DNA of 55,492 bases from Planctomycetota bacterium (GCA_947501605.1 CANMWZ010000027.1:1-55492), one strand, 5' to 3'; counted from the first letter of the stretch, positions 18,836-28,545 are shown. Numbers and translations are program-made. The notes: generated from the sequence alone by a model not told the origin.

Positions 18836-19774
18836 GTGACCGCGTCGCCAAAGCCGGACGAGCTGGCGGAGGTCCTCGCCGAGGTGCGCCGCATCGAGGT
18901 GCAGAGCAATCGCCTCGTCAGCAGCGTGATGGCTGGCGGCTACAGCTCGGTGTTCCGCGGCTCGGGCTTGGAGTTTCTCGAGGTCCGCGAGTTTGCCGAC
19001 GGCGACGACCCTCGACTCATCGACTGGAAGGTGACGGCGCGCACGGGCCGACCGTTCGTCAAGCGGTTCGTCGACGAGCGCGAGCTGACTGTCATGTTCT
19101 TGCTCGATGTGTCGGCGTCGATGGATGGCGGCTTCGGGGTGTGGTCGGCGCGGCAGATGGCAGTGCGGTTGTGCGCGTGCCTTGCGTTTGCCGCGGTGCA
19201 GAACCACGACAAGGTTGGGCTGATTGCCTTTGGTGAACGCGAGGTTGCGGCCTTCGTGCCACCCCAGCGCGGTAGCGCGCACGCACTACGCATCGTGCGC
19301 GATGGGCTGCTGTTGCAGGTCGGGGGAGGGGGCACGGGCGCAGTTGGCGCTCGCGGGATCGACGCTGCGCTGGATCGTGCCGCGCGCCTGTTGAAGCGCC
19401 GGTCGGTCGTGTTCGTGCTCTCGGACTTCCTTGGCGGCGAGATCGGTCGGCCCCTGCTCCGGTGTGCGCAGCGCCATGACCTCACGGCGGTGCGCGTGCT
19501 GTCGCCGGAGCTCTTCCCGCCGCGCGCGGGGCTCGTGCGCCTCCGGGATCCGGAGACCGGCGTCGAGCGCATCGTTGATTGGAGCAACGAACGCGTGCGC
19601 CTAGCCTGGCTCGCGCGGGTCGCACGGTGGCGGCAACTGCGCGACGCCGAGTTCGAGCGCGGCAACATCGACGTCGTCGACGTGCCGGTGCCGATGCTGC
19701 GCGACCGCGATGCGATCGCCGGACCGATCCTGAAGTTCTTCCGCATGCGCCAACTGCGCGGGGCCAAGCGGTGA
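18836..19774 (+). CDS. DUF58 domain protein (MoxR partner)
   Basis: YSSVFRGSGLEFLEVREFADGDDPRLIDWKVTAR; FVDERE; LDVSASM; LSDF. Confidence 0.93.
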   Translation: MTASPKPDELAEVLAEVRRIEVQSNRLVSSVMAGGYSSVFRGSGLEFLEVREFADGDDPRLIDWKVTARTGRPFVKRFVDERELTVMFLLDVSASMDGGFGVWSARQMAVRLCACLAFAAVQNHDKVGLIAFGEREVAAFVPPQRGSAHALRIVRDGLLLQVGGGGTGAVGARGIDAALDRAARLLKRRSVVFVLSDFLGGEIGRPLLRCAQRHDLTAVRVLSPELFPPRAGLVRLRDPETGVERIVDWSNERVRLAWLARVARWRQLRDAEFERGNIDVVDVPVPMLRDRDAIAGPILKFFRMRQLRGAKR

Positions 19775-20697
19775 CGGCGATTGCGCGGCGGTGCTGGGTC
19801 GCGGCGTTGATGGCTGCGGTGGCGTGCAGCGAGCAGAACGGTGATCCGATCGCGGCCAGGGATTTGGCGGTGCGCGTCGAGGTTGCCAATGGCTCTGAGG
19901 AAATCGGGTTTGGGGAGCCGTTCGAGTTGCGCGTGGTGCGCACCTTTCGCGCCGACCTGCGGCTCGAGGCGTTTCACGACCGCGATCTAGCACCACTGCA
20001 GCTGCGTTCGCTCGGGGTCGAGCAGCGCACCGGCGACGGTCGGATCGAGGAGGTGCATCGGTTCTCGGCGCGAGCGTTCGTGCTCGAACGTGTCGTCGTA
20101 CCGCCGTTGCGCCTGTTGGCAGTGCCCAAGACCGGCGGTGCGCCGCTGCGGGCCGAGAGCAGCGAAGTGACGCTGCGCGTGCGTACTTCGCTGCGTGCGG
20201 TCGGCGATCGCGAGATCGAGCAGTCGCTCGAGTTGGTGCCGATGCCGGCGGCCTCGCGCCCATGGCTCGCCGTACTGTCGTTGTTGGTGGTTGCGGTCAT
20301 CGCCTTTTGGCGTTGGCCAAGGCCGCGTCTGGTCGCGGCGCCCACGTTGCCGGCGCTCTTGGCCCCACCTCTGGTCGATGTGCGCGCCTTGGCGCATGCA
20401 GCGCTGCTGCAGCTGGAGGCGAGTGCGCTCGGGGACCGCGAGTTTGCCGAATCGCTGGCGACGGTCGTGCGCGAGTTCGCAGCTGCGATCCTTGGACGAG
20501 GTATGAGCACGCGCACGACGGACGAACTCGTTGCCGACCTCGGGCGCTGCGATGCGGCCGCACGAAGTTCCCTGCTCGCGGCGATGACGACTTGCGATCT
20601 CGTCAAGTTTGCCTGTGGCGAGCTCGGTCCTCCTCGACGTCTCGCAGTGCTGGCCTCAGCCCGCGCGTTTCTCGATGGCGCAAAGGTGCAGCGATGA
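19771..20697 (+). CDS. Bat-operon membrane/lipoprotein (BatD-like hypothetical)
   Basis: GTGA-coupled; lipobox-like MAAVAC; TM; RTTDEL...CDLVKFA motif typical of this position in bat operons. Confidence 0.7.
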   Translation: MTAIARRCWVAALMAAVACSEQNGDPIAARDLAVRVEVANGSEEIGFGEPFELRVVRTFRADLRLEAFHDRDLAPLQLRSLGVEQRTGDGRIEEVHRFSARAFVLERVVVPPLRLLAVPKTGGAPLRAESSEVTLRVRTSLRAVGDREIEQSLELVPMPAASRPWLAVLSLLVVAVIAFWRWPRPRLVAAPTLPALLAPPLVDVRALAHAALLQLEASALGDREFAESLATVVREFAAAILGRGMSTRTTDELVADLGRCDAAARSSLLAAMTTCDLVKFACGELGPPRRLAVLASARAFLDGAKVQR

Positions 20698-21701
20698 GCA
20701 TGTGGGCGATCGGCGACACCGGATGGTCGTTGCAAGATCCGCAGTGGCTCGCATTGCTGCCGATCGCGGCGGTCATGGCGGTGCTCGCGCGGCGAGGCCT
20801 GCGGGTGCCCGCGGCGACGTTCGCGCCGCTGTCTTTGCAGGACGACGAGCCCTTGCCGGCAACGTGGCGAACGCGATGCGTGAACCTCCCCGATTGGCTG
20901 TCGGTGTTGGCGTTTGCTGTGGTCGTGCTCGCGCTCTCTCGACCCGTGGTTCGTGTCGCCATGCCGGCGATCAAGACCGGGATCGATCTCGTGGTCTGCC
21001 TCGATGTCTCCTCGTCGATGGCAGCTGCGGATATGGATGCACGACGCGATCGCCTCGCGGTTGCGAAAGCCGCGGTAAAGGCCTTCGTAGCTGGCCGGCC
21101 TGACGATCGCATCGGATTGGTGCGCTTTGCCCGGTATCCCGACGTTGTGTGCCCACCGACGCTCGATCACCACGCCCTGGTGCAGATGCTCGAGGACGTG
21201 AGCCTGGTCCAGCGCGACGGGCCCGAGGACGCTACTGGCATCGGTGCAGCCATCGCGCGGTCAGTGCAGATGCTGCGCGCGAGTACACAGCCGTCGCGGC
21301 TCGTCGTGTTGGTCACCGATGGCGCGGAGAACGTCGCCGCAGCGGGAACGCCCGACGAGATTGGTCCGCTGCAAGCGTCGCAGGCAGCGCAGTTGCAGGG
21401 CGTCCGCGTCTACGCGCTGGCAGTCGGCGTCGGAACCCGCGCCCAGGACGGCACGGAAGTGCGGATGGACACCAGCCAGATCGAACAGCTTGCCCAGCGG
21501 ACGGGGGGGCGGTTCTTCGCCGCCCGCGACGCGAACGCCTTGGCTGAGGTGTATGCCGAGATCGCGCAACTCGAGCGCTCGCCCGTGGAAGAGCCACGCA
21601 GCGTCTTCGAGGATTGCGCCGCGAGCGCGATCGCGCTGGCACTCGTGCTGCAGTTGCTCGGCGTGATGCTGCGGCGCACGGTGCTGGAGGTGCTGGCGTG
21701 A
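20694..21701 (+). CDS. batA: BatA-like VWA domain protein
   Basis: LQDPQWL N-terminus; ALSRP; MIDAS DVSSSM; DRIGLVRFA; CPPTLDH; VTDGAEN. Confidence 0.88.
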   Translation: MSMWAIGDTGWSLQDPQWLALLPIAAVMAVLARRGLRVPAATFAPLSLQDDEPLPATWRTRCVNLPDWLSVLAFAVVVLALSRPVVRVAMPAIKTGIDLVVCLDVSSSMAAADMDARRDRLAVAKAAVKAFVAGRPDDRIGLVRFARYPDVVCPPTLDHHALVQMLEDVSLVQRDGPEDATGIGAAIARSVQMLRASTQPSRLVVLVTDGAENVAAAGTPDEIGPLQASQAAQLQGVRVYALAVGVGTRAQDGTEVRMDTSQIEQLAQRTGGRFFAARDANALAEVYAEIAQLERSPVEEPRSVFEDCAASAIALALVLQLLGVMLRRTVLEVLA

Positions 21702-22732
21702 TCGCATTGGAGTTTGGCAATGCGTGGGCACTTGCACTGCTCTTGCTGGTGCCGCCCTTTTGGCTGTTCCTGCGCGCGCGCGATCGTCGGCGCCGGGACT
21801 TGCGCCGCCAGTGGCTCGGGCCGCGCGCTCCTGCACTGTCGCCCATGGCGACCACGAGAGACCGTCGCGAACGCGCCGCGCGGCCGTTTGCTGTCGGTTC
21901 GCTCGCCGCGCTCGTGCTAGCACTCGCTGGGCCTCGCTGCGGCGAACCCGAGGTCGGTGTCGAGGTGCGTGGTCAAGACCTCGTGCTGTGCTTCGACGTT
22001 TCGCGCTCGATGCGGGCCCGCGACCTGTCGCCCGATCGCATGGAGGCCCTGCGCCGAGCCGTCGCCGAACTGCTGCTGGCGGCGCGCGGGGATCGGATCG
22101 CGCTGGTTGCCTTCGCAGGGGAAGCACGGCTGTGCGTGCCATTGACGACCGATCTCGAATCGCTCGGACAGGTGTTGGCGACGATCGACGAACTCGCCGT
22201 CGCGCGCGGCGGCACCGACCTCGGTGCAGCGTTGGCCGTTGCGCAGCTTGCGCTGGTCGGCAGTGAGCGCGGCACGGTGTTCGTGTTGACGGATGGCGAT
22301 GACCTCGACGGACGTGGGCTGCAGGTGGCGCGCCGTTGTGCTGTGCAGGAAGTCGCGGTGCACTGCGTCGCATTCGGTAGCGAACGCGGCAGCAAGATCC
22401 CGGTTGCCAGCGACGGTGGCGAGACGTACTTGCGCGACCGCAGTGGTGCAGAGGTAGTGAGTGCGATCGACCCGCGAAGCCTGCGGGCGATGGCGGTAGC
22501 GACGGGCGGCGAGTTCGTGCTAGCGGCGGATGTCGGCGATGCCGTGCTCGTCGAACTGTGGCAGCGGACGGTGCGCGGACGGGCTTCAGCACAGCTCGCA
22601 GAGAGCGGAGAGTTGCGCCGTCCGGAGCGCTTCCAATGGGCACTCGCGCTTGCGGTTGGCTTGTGGCTGCTCGGGGTGATGTCCGCGCACTCGGGGCGCG
22701 CAGTCCGGGTGCATTCCTCCACCGGCGTTTGA
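21698..22732 (+). CDS. batB: BatB-like VWA domain protein
   Basis: ALAGP; DVSRSMRARDLSPDR; GDRIALVAFAGEA; PLTTD; LTDGDD; ERFQW. Confidence 0.88.
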   Translation: MIALEFGNAWALALLLLVPPFWLFLRARDRRRRDLRRQWLGPRAPALSPMATTRDRRERAARPFAVGSLAALVLALAGPRCGEPEVGVEVRGQDLVLCFDVSRSMRARDLSPDRMEALRRAVAELLLAARGDRIALVAFAGEARLCVPLTTDLESLGQVLATIDELAVARGGTDLGAALAVAQLALVGSERGTVFVLTDGDDLDGRGLQVARRCAVQEVAVHCVAFGSERGSKIPVASDGGETYLRDRSGAEVVSAIDPRSLRAMAVATGGEFVLAADVGDAVLVELWQRTVRGRASAQLAESGELRRPERFQWALALAVGLWLLGVMSAHSGRAVRVHSSTGV

Positions 22733-22794
22733 GCCGACTCGAGGACGCAGTCGTTGCCGCGGACGTTGCGTGCTTGGTGTAGCATCCGCGCCCG

Positions 22795-23328
22795 ATGCTG
22801 ACCGCTGACCAGTTCCGTTCGCTTGCACTCGCGCTGCCTGGAGCTGCCGAAGGCGAGCACATGAACCATCCGGACTTTCGCGCCAACGGCCGTGTCTTCG
22901 CCAGCCTGGATGCCACCAAGACGCGTGGCATGGCGGTGCTGACGCCAGTGCAACAGCGCCGCATGCTGCAGGCGAGCAGCGCGTTTGCCGCGGCGAAGGG
23001 CGCCTGGGGCCGGCAAGGCTGCACCATGATCGACCTCGCGACGGCACTGGGTGACATGGTGCGCGCGGCTCTGACCAGTGCCTGGGAGAACGCCATGGCG
23101 CAGGAGACCAAGGCGACCAGGAAGGCGTCGGCGACACGAGGCCGTGCCGTGGCGAAGGCTCAAGGCGGCAGCAAGATCGCGGCCGAGAAGATCGCGGCCA
23201 AGAAGCCCCTTGCCAAGAAGCCCCTTGCCAAGAAGCCCGGTGCCAAGAGGACGGCGGCGAAGCAGTCGACCAAAGGGAAGCCCGCCGCCGGGAAGCCGGC
23301 CGGGCGCAAGCGCGGCGGTGCTGGTTGA
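22795..23328 (+). CDS. MmcQ/YjbR family DNA-binding protein with Lys/Ala-rich tail
   Basis: FRSLALALPGAAEGEHMNHPDFRANGRVFA; GAWGRQG.T; AKKPL repeats. Confidence 0.85.
   Translation: MLTADQFRSLALALPGAAEGEHMNHPDFRANGRVFASLDATKTRGMAVLTPVQQRRMLQASSAFAAAKGAWGRQGCTMIDLATALGDMVRAALTSAWENAMAQETKATRKASATRGRAVAKAQGGSKIAAEKIAAKKPLAKKPLAKKPGAKRTAAKQSTKGKPAAGKPAGRKRGGAG
23173..23250 (+). repeat. 15-bp coding tandem repeats (AKKPL/KIAAE units)
   Basis: AAGATCGCGGCC(G/A)AG x2, then GCCAAGAAGCCCCTT x2, GCCAAGAAGCCCGGT, GCCAAGAGG. Confidence 0.85.
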
Positions 23329-23365
23329 TGCCTGGTTGCGCCCGCCCCATGATCGCGCTCCGCCC

Positions 23366-24142
23366 ATGAAGCTCCTCCGCTACGCCTTGCTGGCCGCAAC
23401 TGCCGTTGCGCTGCTTGCCGCTGGCGGCGACTTGTTGACGCGTGCGGCGGCCGCCTTCGCGCAGAAGCGCTACGCCGACGCGGCAAAGGCCTACGCAGAA
23501 GCGGTGTCTCTACACGGCGCTGCGGCGGCGGCTGAACTGCACTACGACCACGCACTCGCAGCGCTGTTGGCGGCGGATCTCGATGGCGCTGCGGCGGCAG
23601 CTCTGCTCGCGAGTGCTGGCGGCGACGACACCGTCCGGGGTCTCGCCGAGCACCTTCGCGGCACGATCGAATGGCAGCGCGCCGCGAAGCTCGCGGTGAT
23701 GGCCGAGCAGGTCGAGGCCGAGCCGTTCTTGTACACGCAGGCACTCGAGCGACTCGCGCGCGCGCGGGCGCACTGGCAGGAAGCTGCCAGCGGCGCGACG
23801 CCGCAGCCAACCGCGATCCGCAACGTGGAACGGGCGCTGCTGCGATGGGACGAACTGCAGGCGGCGCAGGCAGAGAAGGACCGGCAGAAAAGAGCGGCGG
23901 GGGCCAAGCAACGGCCGATGGCTGTCCCCGAGCCCAAAGCTGGCGAGAACGACAGCAACGGCGAGGGTCGCGACGGCAAGACCGAGACGCACGACAACCC
24001 GCTCGCACCGCTACAGACGGAGTTGACTCAAGAGGAGGTGCAAGGACTGTTCCTGCGCCTCGAGCAGAAGGAGCAGCAGAAGCTCGCGGTTCGGCGCGCG
24101 CAGCGGACGAGCCCCAACGCTGCGGTGGAGCGCGACTGGTGA
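23366..24142 (+). CDS. batC: BatC-like TPR protein
   Basis: Signal peptide; TPR helices; AIRNVERA; LTQEEVQGLFLRL; C-terminal VERDW. Confidence 0.75.
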   Translation: MKLLRYALLAATAVALLAAGGDLLTRAAAAFAQKRYADAAKAYAEAVSLHGAAAAAELHYDHALAALLAADLDGAAAAALLASAGGDDTVRGLAEHLRGTIEWQRAAKLAVMAEQVEAEPFLYTQALERLARARAHWQEAASGATPQPTAIRNVERALLRWDELQAAQAEKDRQKRAAGAKQRPMAVPEPKAGENDSNGEGRDGKTETHDNPLAPLQTELTQEEVQGLFLRLEQKEQQKLAVRRAQRTSPNAAVERDW

Positions 24143-25641
24143 TCGTCGGCATGCGTTGGCCGCTGGTGGCGGTCCTCCAACTCGCCTCGTCGGGTGCGCC
24201 ACTCGCGGCACAGAACGCTGCGCCCGATGTTGCCATGGCCTCGGACTTGGCAGCGGCAGCACAGCAGGCCGTATTCGTGCGCGTCGACGCCGGCCGTGCC
24301 GCTCGGTACGTCGGCGAAACGGCGAACGTGCGCGTGACGATCGGTTTCGATCGCGCGTTCTTTGCCAAGCACGGTGCCCCGTTGTTCCAGCGCGACCTCG
24401 ACCTGCCGGTGCAGCTAGCGGCGAGGTGGCTCGATGGCGCTGACGATTGCCTGCGCAGCCAAGATCGCGAGCCGCCGCCCAGTACTGCGATGCTTCGTCT
24501 CGTCGTCAACGATCGCGTGGTCTCGGTGCCCATCGTCGGCGACGAAACCGTCGCGGCGCGGACCTTTGCGATCGTGACCTTCGAGCGCCGATTCGTACTG
24601 CCGCGCCCGGGTTCTGTGGCGCTCTCGGTGCCGACGCTGCGATTTGCGGTGACCACGGCGTTTCGCGAGGACTTCGTCAACGGCCGAACGCCGACGGATC
24701 GCCTCGACTGCGAGGTGCGAGCGACGTTCGCTGGCGAGCCGTCACCATGGTCGGTGCGGCCGCTGCCGACGGAAGGGCGGCCGACGTCGTTTGCGGGGGC
24801 GGTTGGCACCTTCACGATCGCCGCCACGTCGCTGGCAACCGCGGTCAAGGTGGGGCAGAGCTTCGAGGTCGACGTGCAGATTCGCGGTGATGGAGATCTG
24901 CGCGCGCTGGCGTCGCCGCCCCTGCGGTTGCCGGGATTCCACACGCTTGGCGTCCTCGATCGCGGTGGTGATGGCGTGCGCACGTTTCGCTGCGAACTGC
25001 AGGCCGAGACGGTCGACGTCAGCGCTGTCCCACCAATCGAGCTCGTGACCTTTGATCCTCTGCGCGCTCGCTTCGAGGTGGTCGCGACGTCGCCGTTGCC
25101 ACTGGTGGTGCGGCCCGCTGCCACTCCCGACAGTCGGCCTGAATCGGTGCACGTGCCGCCGCTGACCGCTGCGGTCGTGCTCGAGGACATCGCTGCCGGC
25201 AACGCGCTGCCCCGCGATTCGGTGCGCCCCGGCAATGGCGCGGTTCTGGCGATGCTCGTGGTCCCGTGGTTCCTCATCACTGCGGCTGCCTTGGTTGCAC
25301 GCAGGCGATCCAGGGCACAACCGTTGCCGCGCGACCCCGGCGCCCTCGTCGCTGCCTTTGCCCTGGCAGCAGATCGTCGCGACCCGGACCTGTTGCAACA
25401 CTTCGAACGCTACCTCGAAGCCAGACTCCGCTGCGGTGTGCTGACGTCGACCCCCGACGAGCTACTTCAGCATCTGCAGCGCTGCTCGATCGACGGCGAC
25501 CTCGCCTACCGGGCCCAGAAGCTGCGTAGCAGTTTGGTGGCGGCCCGCTATGCCGGTCTGTCGGAGTCCCTCGCCGTCATTGCGGCGCAGGTTGTGCTCG
25601 ACCTCGAGCGCGGATTCGCAGACCAAGGAGAGCGCCGATGA
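24139..25641 (+). CDS. batD: BatD-like protein
   Basis: YVGE; VRPLPTEGRPTSFAGAVGTFT; VKVGQ...IRGDGDL; FDP. Confidence 0.8.
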   Translation: MIVGMRWPLVAVLQLASSGAPLAAQNAAPDVAMASDLAAAAQQAVFVRVDAGRAARYVGETANVRVTIGFDRAFFAKHGAPLFQRDLDLPVQLAARWLDGADDCLRSQDREPPPSTAMLRLVVNDRVVSVPIVGDETVAARTFAIVTFERRFVLPRPGSVALSVPTLRFAVTTAFREDFVNGRTPTDRLDCEVRATFAGEPSPWSVRPLPTEGRPTSFAGAVGTFTIAATSLATAVKVGQSFEVDVQIRGDGDLRALASPPLRLPGFHTLGVLDRGGDGVRTFRCELQAETVDVSAVPPIELVTFDPLRARFEVVATSPLPLVVRPAATPDSRPESVHVPPLTAAVVLEDIAAGNALPRDSVRPGNGAVLAMLVVPWFLITAAALVARRRSRAQPLPRDPGALVAAFALAADRRDPDLLQHFERYLEARLRCGVLTSTPDELLQHLQRCSIDGDLAYRAQKLRSSLVAARYAGLSESLAVIAAQVVLDLERGFADQGERR

Positions 25642-26336
25642 TCGGTTGCGTGTTCGTCCTGAGTCTGCTGGCGCAAGACCTCGAGCGCGCCGAGCGCGCC
25701 TACCGCCAGGGCGAGTTCGCGCCCGCGATGAAGCTCTACGAAGAAGCCTTGGTGGAGCGCACCGAGCATCGCGGCGCCGTGCTGTTCAACGTCGGCAACT
25801 GCGCCTACCGGCTCGAGCGCTACGCCGAGGCGGTGCTGTGGTACGAGCGTGCGCGTCAGCGCCTCCAAGGCCCCGCGTTGGCGTCGGCGCTGACCAATCG
25901 TTCCTTGGCCCAAGCAGCCCTCGGTCTGGACGCGGGTGCAGCCGGCAACGACCAGCAAGATGGGATTGGCGCTGCCGACCGCACGGCAGTCCTCGTGGCG
26001 TGTCTGCTCCAAACCGGCGGTGGCCTCGCGTTCGTGCTGGCCCGCGATCGGCGCCGGCGCCGGTTCGGCCTTGGTATCACCGCGATCGGCTTTGGCATCG
26101 CCGCCCAGTGCGCGCTGCAGCAGTTCGGTGGCGAGGCTGTGCGCGCTGTAGTGCTGCAAGGTCTACCGCTGCGCAGTTCACCAGAAGCGGCGAGCAGCGC
26201 CATTGCACAAGCCAAGGCCGGAGCCCTCGCGACCGTCACCGACCAACGCGCGGACTGGGTGCGCCTCGTCACTCCTGAAGGCAGTGGCTGGGTGCTGCGA
26301 TCGGGGATCGGGTTGGTCGCCGAGGTGGAACGATGA
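25638..26336 (+). CDS. batE: BatE-like TPR + SH3 protein
   Basis: FNVGNCAYRL...AVLWYERA; two TMs; SH3-like DWVRL...GSGWV. Confidence 0.8.
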   Translation: MIGCVFVLSLLAQDLERAERAYRQGEFAPAMKLYEEALVERTEHRGAVLFNVGNCAYRLERYAEAVLWYERARQRLQGPALASALTNRSLAQAALGLDAGAAGNDQQDGIGAADRTAVLVACLLQTGGGLAFVLARDRRRRRFGLGITAIGFGIAAQCALQQFGGEAVRAVVLQGLPLRSSPEAASSAIAQAKAGALATVTDQRADWVRLVTPEGSGWVLRSGIGLVAEVER

Positions 26337-26719
26337 GCGAACACGAGAAGCCGCTAGCCCCGCGCGAGCCTCGGCCCGAACGCGTCGGCCTCTGGTGCGG
26401 GTGCGTAGCCTGGGGCCTGATGTTTGCGGGACTCCTGTGCCTCGAACCCCTGTTGCGTGCCACCTTCGGCGATGAGCCGATCGACCCAACTCGCGACCTC
26501 GAAGTACCGCCGGAGGACGTGGTCTGGTTTGGGCTCGTGGCCGCGGCCTTCCTGGTGAGCATCGTCAGCATGGTGACGGGCATGGTGTTCACGCTGATCG
26601 GTGTCTACCGCGGACGCTGGAATCGCCAACTCGTGACGGCGCTCGTGTGCAACGGCGCCGCCGTCGTACTGGTGGTGCTGCCCTTTCTGGCCGAGTTGCT
26701 CCGGCGTCTTGGCGGCTAG
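26333..26719 (+). CDS. Hypothetical membrane protein (3 TM)
   Basis: ATGA-coupled to batE; three hydrophobic helices. Confidence 0.65.
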   Translation: MSEHEKPLAPREPRPERVGLWCGCVAWGLMFAGLLCLEPLLRATFGDEPIDPTRDLEVPPEDVVWFGLVAAAFLVSIVSMVTGMVFTLIGVYRGRWNRQLVTALVCNGAAVVLVVLPFLAELLRRLGG

Positions 26720-26969
26720 CCGCGGACCATTCAGCCGGTGCGTCGCTGATTGCGGCGAGCGGTGCATCGGGAGCACAGCGCGCCACCCTCAGCTCGGCGC
26801 CGTGCGAATCCCGTTGAAGCCCGGGATTCCGCGGAGTGGTCAGGCGTGGATCGCCACCCGTCTCACGGTCGCAGTTCGACCGAGCCGTCCGGAAACGGAC
26901 GGTCTGTCTCCGTCCATCATGGGTTGCGAGCGTCTTCGTGTTGCTCAGCCCTGCGGCGGTGCCACAACC

Positions 26970-27171
26970 ATGAAGAACACCAGCAAGACCTCGGCCCGTT
27001 TTGCTCCTGTGTGCCTGTGGCAGAGTTACCCACCCGATTGCAGTCGCGACGGCGGTTGCCGGCTCGCCATTGTGTTGCCAGTCCGGCTGCTCCGACGAGC
27101 CGTGCAGTGACGATCTGTCGTGCTGTGGTCCCACGTGCTGCGAAGTGGCTGTGGCCTCCGTGGGGCTGTAG
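26970..27171 (+). pseudogene. Small Cys-rich (metallothionein-like) lipoprotein, frameshifted or with TTG start at 27001
   Basis: 27001-27171 reads LLLCACGRVTHPIAVATAVAGSPLCCQSGCSDEPCSDDLSCCGPTCCEVAVASVGL*; ATG at 26970 (MKNTSKTSA) is one base out of frame. Confidence 0.5.
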
Positions 27172-27251
27172 ACGCCCGCGCTTCTCGCGCCATCGGCACG
27201 TTGCGAGCGCGGATGCCTCAAGAACGCAGACTGCGCCCGCTGGGGTTTCTC

Positions 27252-27790
27252 ATGCTTGCTGATTGAGCATGAGAGACTCGCACGCACCTGTATCGATTCG
27301 TCCGCCGTCATGTGCCAGCGGCGGCCGATGCGGACGATGTCGTCCAGGACGTGCTGTTGCGCCTGTGGCAACGTCAGGAAAGCGCCGACCCAGACTCGAC
27401 CACCGCGTGGTCCTTCCAGGTGGCACGCACCGCAATCGCGGAGTTGCATCGCGCTCGCGCCGGGCGGCAGCGGCTTTTGACTCGGACCTCGACGTGCCAG
27501 TTCCCGAGAACGAGGAGAGGCGTCACCTGGTGTCGTGCCTGATGCCGATGCTCACGGACCTCGACGTCGACGATCGCGCGTTGCTCCAGCGCATCGACCT
27601 GGAGAGCCGAGTTGACACAGAGTTGGCGACGGACTTCGGTCAGTGCCTTCGGGGGCGCAAGTTGCGCGTGCCGTGAGCGCGCGCGGCTACTGCGAGCTGT
27701 GACGGAATGCTGTCGCATGGAACTCGATCGCCGCGGCCTGTTGCCCTACGAACTGCTGTGTCGGCGGCCAGGCGGTTGCGGCTGTGACGT
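27252..27790 (+). pseudogene. SigZ-like ECF sigma factor pseudogene
   Basis: LYRFVRRHV..ADADDVVQDVLL..TAWSFQVART / LVSCLMPML..RALLQRIDL..ELA / RLLRAVTECCRMELDRRG; TGA stops at 27264, 27270 and 27674 plus two frameshifts. Confidence 0.75.
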
Positions 27791-27906
27791 CGCGGGGGAG
27801 TCGATCTCGTTGCCGTCCGCGGCTCTTCGGCGTTGCGGCGGTGGTCATAGGGATGTGGCCGCTCCTTGCACGCCGCGAGCGATCGGGATGTACTGCAAGC
27901 ACGACC

Positions 27907-28545
27907 ATGCTCATTATCTATCGCTGGTGGTACTTCCTAGGTCTTGCTGGCGTCGGCTTCACCGGCTTCGGCTTGTTCGAGATGTCCGATGCGTGGGCCA
28001 ACGGTTCCGAGCCAGCGCCGATTTCGCTCGCATCACTCGAAGCCGGAACCAAACCGCCTCAGACCTACGTCAGCATCGGCGAGCACGTCGCCTTGTTTCC
28101 GTTCTTGTCGAGTCGCCAGAAGGCGGGCGTGGTCGAGGCAACGTGCTATCCGATCGTCAGCCGCGATCATGAGTATCTGCGCGCATGGGGGAAACTCGGC
28201 GAGCGCTACGGCACTGCGTCCGTCCCCGCTGAGGAGGTCCCCGAACTCATGAATGCGAGGGTCTACGTGTTGGATAAGCGCCCGCAGCAGTCGATCGCGA
28301 ACTTGCAGAAGGACCGTCGAGAACGCGAGAGCATCGAGGGGATCTTTGTCGCTGGAGTTGGCGCGGAGGATCATGCACTGCTCGCTGCATCGGGCACCGA
28401 AGGTGACAGGCGCGTGTTGGTCCTCGACGCCGGCCGCCGCCCTCGTCCACTGTCGACCTGTGTCCAGTACCTAGTGCTGGGGGTGGTCTTGTTGGGCGCT
28501 GCCGTAGGGAGGTTGGTTCGCACGCCGGGGCCAAGCCTCGGCTGA
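27907..28545 (+). CDS. Hypothetical membrane protein (N- and C-terminal TM)
   Basis: TM WWYFLGLAGVGFTGFGLF and C-terminal VQYLVLGVVLLGAAVG around a soluble domain. Confidence 0.6.
   Translation: MLIIYRWWYFLGLAGVGFTGFGLFEMSDAWANGSEPAPISLASLEAGTKPPQTYVSIGEHVALFPFLSSRQKAGVVEATCYPIVSRDHEYLRAWGKLGERYGTASVPAEEVPELMNARVYVLDKRPQQSIANLQKDRRERESIEGIFVAGVGAEDHALLAASGTEGDRRVLVLDAGRRPRPLSTCVQYLVLGVVLLGAAVGRLVRTPGPSLG

Noticed and set aside
21261..25280. Long minus-strand ORFs (616 and 706 aa) opposite the bat operon, and similar long overlaps elsewhere
   Set aside because: Arg/Ala/Pro-rich, motif-free shadow frames expected in high-GC DNA
27264..27272. TGA read as Trp or Sec in the SigZ-like gene
   Set aside because: The same gene has frameshifts, and TGA is the normal stop throughout the window; decay is simpler
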